NCBI GenBank assembly: GCA_039545335.1
Contig: BCIN01000001.1
Span: 3,909,136 to 3,936,501, forward strand
Reading direction: 5' to 3'
DNA length: 27,366 nt
Source of the DNA: Kondoa subrosea
Lineage: Eukaryota
A model generated the notes under the pieces. The model made no database searches. It saw nothing but the letters and a program-made list of their open reading frames with translations, and had not been told where the DNA came from. Shown here piece by piece: positions 11,891-21,427 of the stretch. Position 1 is the first letter of the stretch. Every line of letters starts with the position of its first letter. The position numbers and the translations under genes are program-made.

Positions 11891-14457
11891 ATGCTATCAT
11901 CATGCCGTGTAGCCAACAGAGGCAAGCTAGCCCATTTCTACGCGCATTGACTTTTCGCTTATTTTTGGCTTGACTACAGCTCTACTGCCTTCCTCTCGGA
12001 CTCCATACTCTCGGTCTCTTACCATATCAGCATATCGATTGGCTCAACTTCCTGCAGCTCCTCCTTCTACTGAAACTGTGAACGAAAAAGCAATTCCAGC
12101 AGCTGCACCAGTCTATACGAATAGCCCAGCACAAGGTCCACCTCATGTCGCTTCTTCTTCGTATTCTGGTCTTCCTCCTCCACCACCACCTCCAAAGAAA
12201 GGTAGAAGCAAAGCGAGGAAATGGGTTGTTCGATTTGCAAGAACCACACTCTTTGTCGTGCTCGGTACTACTACTTATGTCGTTTATCGATCTTATCAAA
12301 CAAGACATCCGCCAACTCAGCTACCAAGAGATCCAACCGTGAGGCTGAAAGTCTTCCATCGACATGCCTGTTTGCTTATGTGACCGCTTTTTGACCTTTG
12401 CAGAAAAAGAACCTTGTAGTCCTTGGTAACGGTTGGGCTGCATCGAGTTTCTTGAAAGGAATCGATACGACGGATTACAATGTGACCGTCATTTCACCTC
12501 GAAACTACTTCTTATTGTATGTTTTGCCCCTTCAATATCTGTGCAACTGATCCTCATCATGTGCATTAGTACACCTCTGCTACCTTCAGTCACAGTAGGA
12601 ACAATCGAATCTCGATCTATTCTCGAACCAACTCGATTCATTACCCGTCACAAAACTCGAGCAGTAGAAGTTTTTGAAGGAGAAGCGGAATCTGTTGATC
12701 CTATACAAAAAACAGTTACTTTTACTGATGCGAATGAGAAAGAAGTTGATGTGAAGACTACTACTATTCCTTATGATGAACTGGTATACACTGTTGGTGT
12801 GTTCTTTCGTTCAAGAGTTCAACAACAACATAGCTTACATTGTGCTATCAGGTGCCGAGAACAATACATTTGGCATTCCTGGAGTAAAAGAACATGCTTG
12901 TTTCTTAAAAGAAGTCTGGGATGCTGAAAGAGTGCGAAAGAAGTTGATGTGAGCTTGACCATTATGGCTTCAGTTTAGTATCTGATTCCATTGTGTTTGG
13001 CTTACAGGGACTGTATTGAAACTGCTACATTCAAGGATCAGACTGAAAGCGAAATTGACCGCTTACTCCATATGGTTGTCGTAAGTCCTCACCCTCTTAT
13101 ATCTTTAGCTATCTAAGCAGTCCGATAGGTCGGTGGAGGTCCTACGGGAGTTGAATATGCCGCCGAGCTACACGTAAGGTTCATACTCTGGTCGCTGGGA
13201 CTCACATCTGACTTGACTGTAACAGGATTTTCTTAAGGAAGACTTGCAGAACTGGTACCCTGAGATCGCTGGTCGAATCAGGATCAGTCTAGTAGAAGCT
13301 CTGCCCTCAGTCTTGCCAATGTTCTCGAAAGTGAGTTACAGTCCTTCATCCTTGAAGCTTGATCGAAACTGATCTTCATGCATTAGCAACTCATGTCAGT
13401 ATTTTAGGACAATATGTGAGAACATCATATACTGAGCCGCATATGACAGCGATTATACCATGTCTACCATGCAGGAAAATCATATCGATATCAAGACACG
13501 AACTATGGTAAAGAAAGTAGAGGAGAAGAAGATCATTGCTCTTGATGCCAACAAGAACGAACTTGAGATTCCTTATGGGCTTCTTGTGAGTCAGTCAAAG
13601 GATTACTTGGCTACGACTGATCTCCAATCCAGGTCTGGGCTACCGGAAACACTGCTCGTGGTGTATGTTCAAGTACATTTGATCAATGATAGCAACCAAT
13701 TGTATTATATAGATCACGAAGAACCTCATGAACGCTCTTGGTGAACCTCAAAAGGGTAAACGCGGTCTAGCAGTCGATGAGCACATGCGAGTACAAGGCG
13801 CTGACGGTATTTGGGCACTTGGAGACTGCACGCAAACTCCCTATGCACCTACTGCTCAAGCTGCCTCACAACAAGGACAATATTTGGCTCGCACTTTCAA
13901 TCAAATGTCGAAGAAGGAAAGAATCGAAGCTGCTTTAGCTGATGCTAAGAGTGCGCATGAGTCCGAAAAAGTGGAGAAGCTGCAGAGGGAACTAGAGAAG
14001 GGTGTGTCACCACTTTCTAACAGACTGGAACTTTGCCGATTTAACTTTGCCGATTTATTGTCAACAGCATCTCGACTACCCGCATTTGCCTATACACATC
14101 AGGGAAGTTTGGCTTACATTGGAAGTGAAAAGGTAGGCTTCCACCTTTTGCTGTCAACAAAGCGATAGCTGATTTCTCGCTATAGGCGATAGCTGATATT
14201 CCGTTCTTTGGTAACGGTAACATCGCTAGTGGTGGTCTAGCGACAATGTCAGTAATCTCCGTATGGTTGAAGTGATTGCTGACTAGTCTTGCAGGATCTT
14301 CTGGCGATCCGCTTATATCTCTACTCTCTTTTCGTTACGTAACAGAACGCTGGTACTGCTTGACTGGACGAAGACTCGTATTTTGGGTGAGTCAATTTGT
14401 ACTCCAACTCATGAATGTTCTAACCACCATGCAGGTCGAGATGTGTCAAGAAGCTGA
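11891..14457 (+). CDS. NDE1: Mitochondrial alternative (type II) NADH:ubiquinone oxidoreductase, external NDE-type, many introns
   Basis: Presequence plus a TM segment. FAD motif VVLGNGWAA...[19 protein letters not shown](H) motif [15 protein letters not shown]. Also [54 protein letters not shown]. Ends GRDVSRS*. The paralog assignment (NDE1 vs NDE2/NDI1) is tentative. Confidence 0.9.
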
Positions 14458-14749
14458 GGTCAATCGATATGTAAATAGCTATAGAGATTGGTATTAGAGT
14501 AAACCGAGTTATGCATTCAATTGCCCAAATAGCTTACAAGATCGTGATGCGAAAGAATGATTAAATAGCGTGAGAATATATATTATTCTATTGTCCATGG
14601 AGAGAAGTTGTAGAGAACAGCAGTATCATCGTGTCTACTGACCAGGAATGTTCAGAGACAGTCATTGAGACAGAACAAGATTGGAGCATTTAGACTTGAA
14701 GCCCTTGAACGTCTGGTGTGCTGATGTATTTGCACACCCACACACCCAT

Positions 14750-15295
14750 TGACAATGTCCAATCAATATCGTTCGTTTATCAATGTGTCACATTTCCCTT
14801 GAGGCTATGGACTTCTTAAGCTCACCTCGAGTGCTAGGAGGTCCATCTAGCACCTGATAAGTCAAGGGAGAACGCTTGACACAAAGTAAGGCTCGATACC
14901 CATGGTATAATAGAAAGAACACAAACCACAAGCGATACAAGCAGGGTCTAATCGGAGCAGACACCCAAGGTGAAAGTTATCTCCAATCAACTGTCCACCT
15001 GTGTACTCGCAGCTGCTTCAAGAGGAGGCAATCGAGATGATGAACAAGAAGAAGAAGAGAAAGAAGAGGAAAGCAGGGTTTTGTTGCTGACCCTCCACCA
15101 AGCAAAACAAGCACAAACACATGTTGAAGGGGTCCAAAAAAATGGCTGATTGTGCGTTCCTGCCTGACCAGCACGCGACAGAGCTAAACTAAGCGACACC
15201 TACCATATAGGGAAGGTACAAGTACCCATGCAGGACCATAATTACGCGTTTCGCGCGATTTGCATAACTGTTCCGCACTGGGCCGTTCGATTTGG
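14750..15295 (+). repeat. Diverged direct repeat copy C'
   Basis: Partner of 10730-11290, offset ~4010. Includes a GAA-rich tract at ~15040-15072. All frames checked are interrupted by stops. Confidence 0.75.
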
Positions 15296-15679
15296 GAAAG
15301 GGCAAGAAAGGAGTAGAAAGCTGAAACATAGAGCATATAACAGTGCGATAGAGCAGGAGCAGCGCGAGCAAAGAGAATGTATTACAGTATTGCACAGCAG
15401 TTCGAAGAATCCAATATTCAGTATTGAGAGTAGTAGATCTTCCAGAAATACCCTGTTGAGCTGGGATCAGTGCAAATCAGTGGGGTGTCGACTTCGCATT
15501 AGCCACGCTAGCCTGTGCCCAATTCCTTGCAGCAGAATGAGAAGTTTGTCCGCGAGTCACGAATCTCGCACAGCTTTCGGCAAAGGCAGCGCATCGCATC
15601 TAGATCTTTTCTTTCAGTCCTTCAATTTCAGGCATGTGTGTTCAGGCATTTGTTGCCAGTAATTGCGTGACATCCAGTT

Positions 15680-15922
15680 ATCGTTTAAAAACAAAGCATC
15701 GATTGTTTGCATCGCATCTCTAGCTTCTCTGCTGTCCTGCTTGAAGATTCTCTTGTGCCTGCGTGTGCTTTCATCCGGAGCGATGCATTTTCACTGCCTT
15801 TCTTATCTATGTATTGCTTTCATTGCATTGATGCGTTTGGGATCTTTGCCTTCCCCTGCTTCGACCTGTTCAACAGTGTCAGGGAATGTTTCCCTCGTAT
15901 TTGCTAAAAACTAGTGAAGCTC
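15680..15922 (+). repeat. Direct repeat copy A (upstream region plus first 12 codons of the SET gene)
   Basis: Aligns to 19008-19248. 15812-15861 vs 19138-19187 match 49/50, and the alignment continues ungapped (offset 3326) to AGTGAAGCTC. Confidence 0.9.
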
Positions 15923-18730
15923 AACCTGGAACACATTTACAAACGCCAATTGCATACGCGAGTCGAAACATCATCAGCAATCCGCTCACACACAACGCCA
16001 ATGAATTACGACCTGGAAGAGATGAGATAGCTCATGTCGTCGCTACTATTGGGGTGGACGCAGATCTTGGTGCGCTCCAAGTTGATTTGATCGAATACGC
16101 TTGGAGCTATTGGGCGCCCGGAGGATCTGCTACAGCAGACGATGTGAGTGCTCAGCTTTGCTACAGTGGAAAACTGATCGTGAGCTGCTTACAGTACTTC
16201 TCGATGCAGCCTAAAGCAATCATAGGCAAGACAACAGGCGGCAAAGGTCTCTTTTCGGCTATGGCAATCCGAGAAGACGATTTGATCGTGCAAGAGATGC
16301 CAATACTTACAGTAACGGCTGCTATCACTGAAGGTAATCTGCAGAAGCTGTTCGAGTGCGTTTCTCGTCTTGCGAATACTAGCAAACTGATGATTATTTA
16401 GTCTACTACCTTCAGAAGCACGTAAAGCGATCAATGAGATGCCAATCAATCCCAAGGACGATACAAATAGCGACCCATCAACGGCAAAAAGAGTGTCATC
16501 TGTGATTAGGGTGGGTCGGACCTGTTCTTGCTCAATGCTTCCACTCACACATCGAGCAGAACAATGGTTTTATCATCGAATTAGCACCTTTCGGTACGGC
16601 GGTTACCTGCCTGTATCCATGTCTGGCTCGAACGAGTAAGCCATTTTTTGCGTGACCGCAAGCGAATCTAATGATCGCTTAGCCCACTCATGTTCACCTA
16701 ATATGGAAGTTCAGATGGATGGAGTCATTCTGAAGCTTGTAGCAACACGCTCGACCAAACCTTATAGTGAGTAGTAACAATTTGGTATCGGTCCATCTGA
16801 TGCTGATGGCTTCTCGGCAGAGCGCTTACACTTCGCTCAAATTGATCCATTACTCACTTGGGAGTCACGCAATGCTGAGCACCTGCGAATCCATGGCAGA
16901 CCATGTCAGTAGCACCCAATCCAAATTTTTGCATTGCTGACGAGTTCATAGGCGGCTGCGGACCCTGTACAGAACAGAGATACGACTCATACGCACCTAG
17001 TGATCAAAGAAGGATCTTCATAGCCAATGAGCTGGCTGAATTGGCAGCTGCCGGGAAAGCAACCAATTTCGATATGGCTCGGATCAAGAATTTGCAGGTA
17101 TGCTAAACTGAATACTGTAACAGATGCAGATAGCTCACGGTCTTTTAGTGGTGCATGACGGCAGAGAATGTTGGCATGAGTCAGCAGGCTCGATGTCACT
17201 CTGATATACATCTAATGAGAGCTACAGGAAGAGGAGATGTGAAGGCTAGAATCAAAGTCTTGGAAGAGCAGGAAAAGAAACTCAAAGCAGTCGCGTGAGC
17301 AGAACATCCCTTGTTCAAGTATTTATCTGACATGCTTTCATAGGTCACCAGCGAGTCAAGCCAGACCTGCAGCAGCACCTTGTACGATATACTGCTTCGT
17401 GCTGCTCTTTCATGTTCATTCGATGACTACAGAATCTTTTATTCAACCAATCATACCAGCATATCCAATTCAACACAGACCTGTTATGCCTATGTCCACT
17501 CATCCTCCTCCTTTACCTCGTCCTCAACCGGCTCTTTCAACAGCTCAGCCAATCTCTCAAGCTGCTATCATAATCATACCTTCTGCACCTAAACAGCCCG
17601 ATCCGGCTCGACCAGCGAAGCCGAAAGAAGCAGAGAATAACGAATCTCCACGAAGGCAGGAAGAGATACAGGAAGCGGTGAAAAGCATGCTGGACCTGTT
17701 TGCTGCGGATTACAAAGAAGCGTTAGAGGAAGAGCAGCTGAGCGAAAACAAGCGTTTCACAGCATTATCCAGGAGCAGACGAAGATCAAAATCGAGGTCT
17801 CCTGGTAAACCTTCTCTACACTCAATTCTTCGAAATCCGTATGATCCGTTAGAACTAGAAGCGGCTAGACAAAGAGATCCGCTGGAGATGGAAGAATTGC
17901 AACAGCTGGAAGATGAGAAAGAAAGGTTGAGATTGATGGAAGCAGAAAGGCAACGACAAGAGCTACAAGATAGATCATCCCGAATACTGGTAGATGATGA
18001 GAGACCTCTTTTACAACTTGCTCTGGATGCTCCGTCGAGAGAAGAACCTTTGCGAACTCAGCTCTTGATCGAAGAAAAGCCTTGCAGCACTTTCAACTCT
18101 CCGCTGGTTGTTTACAGCGCACTGGAAGATCCCGACATGCCTTCAGCATATCTTCACTACCAGAGCTTGCCTATTGAACAAGCTTTTGCACATCGCCATG
18201 ACTATGCTTCTCCTGGTACGTATGTAGCTTTGCTGCATTCTGATGCCGATCAAGAGCTTGCTGTTCTGCCCCTCTCACTACCTCCATCTGTATCTTTGCT
18301 GGACGATGCTTTCCCGCTTCCAGCATTGGCATCAGCTTGCGAAGCCGACAACAAGACAAGGGACAAGATGGTCAACAGTTACTCAGTCGTACCCTTTCGT
18401 AATCGCAATGCCCGTCCTTTCAATCACTCAATACCTCGAACTTGGCCAGAAGACAATCATCATTTTCACTTTGACCTTCCGCGCCTCTGTGACGAGACTG
18501 AGCAACTCGATAATTCGCATGATTTTGTCCTCCCATTCTTGAATGTCGAAAGCCAGCAGATCGGTATTCAGCAGGAGGAAGCTTTACCGCACATCTTGCC
18601 GTCTTCTTTTTCTTTCAGCGAAGAAACGCACTGCTTCTCTACTACTTACACCACGGAAGAGTCCGGTCAGCTGGTGATGCATAATGAAGGTTTGGTAGCC
18701 CTGCATGATTTGATGCACCTACGTGATTGA
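15886..18730 (+). CDS. SMYD/Set5-like SET-domain protein with degenerate catalytic motifs and a long Pro/Glu-rich C-terminal tail (~816 aa, 9 exons)
   Basis: Exons 15886-16143, 16195-16355, 16402-16510, 16560-16635, 16683-16766, 16821-16904, 16952-17097, 17149-17294, 17344-18730 are all phase-consistent GT-AG. Motifs: GKGLFSAMAIREDDLIVQEMP, IRNNGF, LYPCLARTTHSCSPN, ATRSTKPYKRLHFAQID, post-SET CGCGPC, SDQRR. The last exon is the 443-aa ORF of the track. Confidence 0.75.
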
Positions 18731-18978
18731 CATCAACAGCTTGATATCTGCTAAGTGTGGACGTTTGAATAGTATCAGGACAGTTGTAGCAATGTAATAG
18801 TCTTGAAATGCTATCATTTAAAGTACTTCGTCGCGCTTACACCTCACCTCAATATTCAATTTGCGCTTGTTTCGTTCTGCAACGTCCAAACTTTGTACTC
18901 CTTTGGTCACTGTCGCTGGTCGACGAATCTCTCATAGCGATCCCAGTCACCTTGAAGCGCTATTCTGCTCAGCTGCAG
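18654..18978 (+). repeat. Direct repeat copy B (last codons of the SET gene plus downstream region)
   Basis: Ungapped match to 21052-21376 with 9 mismatches in 325 nt. 18749-18942 is identical. Weaker similarity extends left to ~18623/21019. Confidence 0.97.
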
Positions 18979-19007
18979 TAGCTCCATTGCTAAGATTGCT
19001 TGCCATG

Positions 19008-19248
19008 ATCGTTTCAGAACAAGGCTTTTGTTGGCTTACATCTCGAGCTTCGCTGCTGCCCCTTTTGTAGCTTGTCTAGTACCTGCGTACGCTCCCATCC
19101 GGAGCGATGCATCTCACCGCCTTTCTTACCTATAGTATATTGCTTTCATCGCATTGATGCGTTTGGGATCTTTGCCTTCCCCTGCTTTAACCTATTCGAC
19201 AATGTTCAGAAATGTTTCTGTCGCATCTGCTAAAGACCAGTGAAGCTC
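19008..19248 (+). repeat. Direct repeat copy A'
   Basis: Partner of 15680-15922. The ATG at 19212 aligns with the SET-gene ATG at 15886 (MFLSHLLKTSEA vs MFPSYLLKTSEA). Confidence 0.9.
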
Positions 19249-19493
19249 CTAGCCCAAAAAAAATTTGAAGCGTTGCGTTTTCTTCAGCCTGCCTCAAGCA
19301 CCCGCCTGGCTGTTATCAAGACATCGCTGCGCAGGTCAGGAACCTTGCTGTTGTGCAAGCAGCGCTGCTGCTGCTCAAAGACCATTGTTGTTTCACAGCC
19401 TCCGAATAAATATGAAAATCTCGTTCTTCCTCGCTCTTCTCCCATCATTGATCTCTTTGCTCTAGCAAATCATTCAGTAGCACGGTAGTCAAG

Positions 19494-21012
19494 ATGGACA
19501 GCAATTACTTTTCAAACGCCGCAGTCTTGACGCAAGCGAATCGGTAATCTTGATCGGAAATTCATGGCGTAGCTGATTCTTTCGCCTATCCAGCTCCCTT
19601 CCAGCCAATATTGCAAGCGGTAGTACCGAACAGGCTCTTATCTCTGGTCAGCATGCTGCGTGAGCTCTTTCTGCGAGATGGTTGATCCCCTTTGTTTGAA
19701 AACCGCTCACTGCACTTTCTAATACAGCGCAAGTCGATCTTTACATGACCTGCAGGGTCGAGTCAAATGAGCTGCGGCATAAGTCAGGCAGCATCATGTC
19801 CAGACGACCAATGTTCAGCCTCGTTATCTGGTTGGTTGTTTCGGCGTGTACCGATTGAGGCTGAAGCTCTTTCTTAAGAGATGGCTTATTACGTTCCGCA
19901 GCAAGGTCGCGCGGGAGGGAAAGAATAATTTCATGGACTACCGCATTTGCGTTCCCAAGCCGCTCAGCCAGTCAAGCGCGGCAGAACATCAAACAGCCAA
20001 TACGTTGCTCGCACTGTCCGGTTTCTGGGGCTCGCCTATTCAATTTTGGACACAAGCTGATGTCTGGAACGATCCACTGCATCGAGCATTGGTGAATACG
20101 CCTTACACCATGCCTTCGTTTCCCACTTTCTCCTTATACAGTAAGCTGCTAATACGAAGTGCTGCTTTGTCATCTGTATTTCGGCCTACTACTACATTCT
20201 ATATTGTCGACCACGACAAGATTCCCTTCGTGTTGTTAGATGCGGTCAAGGACAACAAATCCACGATTCGTCAGTCTGCATCTGCTGCAGGTCAAGCGAG
20301 CTGTAGTCTGCCTCCGGGATATTCGAAAGACCTGCTTGATCTTGCGGCAATGTTTGCCTCCGAAAGAACTGTGAGTCTATGTCAACTTAAGCTTGGACAG
20401 CTCTCTGAATCTGACAGAAGCGCATGGCGTCCCGTGTCTTTGACATTGTACTCATACCCATGACGACTGTCGAACCTGTTGGTCATTGTTCTCTGCTCGT
20501 AATCTACCCCAAACTCAATACTTGGGTCCACCTTGATACGTGCACGGCATTGCATGGCTTGACGTCTGAAGATGTGAGTGCTCGTCTGCTTCTGGGAACA
20601 CAGCTGACTGTCGGGTCTAGACACAACGCATGACGTTTTTGCTCTAATACATTTGTCGAGCTATGGGTTTGTCAACATCCAGATCTGCTCTCATGAAGCA
20701 GACTATCAATAGAGTGCATCTTTAACAGTTTCGAGTCCTTAGATGTTAATTGCTGATCACGCGCGTCAACAGAGTTTACCAACCAGAAGCTATCAATACG
20801 ATTGCTTAGTTTTTACCCTAGCAAGCATGAAGTGGCTCATCTACAGTCCACCGAATCCATCAGGTGATATACCTCTGACACCTAAAGATGGACCAGCCCT
20901 ACGAAGAGGCATGACGGCTGAACTCATGGCTGGAGCAATCGCTGGCAGTCGTACCTTGAAGGCCGAAGAGTCGGTCTACGAGGACTTCAAGCGCGTCAAC
21001 AAGCAGCTCTAA
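19494..21012 (+). pseudogene. Ulp1/SENP-like (peptidase C48) gene with three in-frame stops
   Basis: The spliced model gives FDIVLIPMTTVEPVGHCSLLVIYPKLNTWVHLDT and LPTRSYQYDCLVFTL, the His/Asp/Cys triad in C48 order. Phase-consistent GT-AG introns at 19544-19593, 19660-19727, 20371-20417, 20574-20620, 20714-20772. In-frame TGA at 19768, TAA at 19780, TAA at 20645. Confidence 0.65.
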
Positions 21013-21051
21013 GACTTTGAAACGCAATATTTTTCTACCACTACAGTTTAG

Positions 21052-21376
21052 CGGAAGAGTCCGGTCAGCTGGTGGTGCATAACGAAGGTTTGGTAGCTCT
21101 GCATGACTTGATGCACCTACGTGATTGACATCAACAGCTTGATATATGCTAAGTGTGGACGTTTGAATAGTATCAGGACAGTTGTAGCAATGTAATAGTC
21201 TTGAAATGCTATCATTTAAAGTACTTCGTCGCGCTTACACCTCACCTCAATATTCAATTTGCGCTTGTTTCGTTCTGCAACGTCCAAACTTTGTACTCCT
21301 TTGGTCACTGTCGCTGGTCGACGAATCTCTCATAGCGATCAAAATCACCTTGAAGCGCTATTCTGATCAGCTGCAG
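21052..21376 (+). repeat. Direct repeat copy B' (overlaps the presumed CNB1 promoter)
   Basis: Partner of 18654-18978. Ends 51 nt before the CNB1 ATG. Confidence 0.97.
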
Positions 21377-21427
21377 CTTGTCAACTTGGGTCATATCAAT
21401 CCTCTCTCTTAGTAGAACTCTTTCATC

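Noticed and set aside
11598..11903. 101-aa minus-strand ORF ([18 protein letters not shown]...) that looks helical
   Set aside because: Its start overlaps the NADH dehydrogenase ATG and promoter, it has no recognisable motif, and I found no splice continuation. Likely a by-product of a pyrimidine-rich + strand, though a decayed gene cannot be excluded.
6569..14457. Functional cluster of NDUFAF7 and the alternative NADH dehydrogenase
   Set aside because: Separated by the unrelated LSG1; two mitochondrial genes close together is expected by chance without synteny evidence.
16141..16153. GATGTGAGTGCTC shared by the SET gene and the Ulp1-like gene (20571-20583)
   Set aside because: Mostly the donor consensus GTGAGT; the flanks do not align, so it is not evidence that the two interiors are homologous.
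19768..20647. Stop-codon reassignment as an explanation for the in-frame stops
   Set aside because: Conserved genes in the window end with TAA (NDUFAF7), TAG (LSG1, SEC8) and TGA (CNB1, NDE) and have no internal stops.
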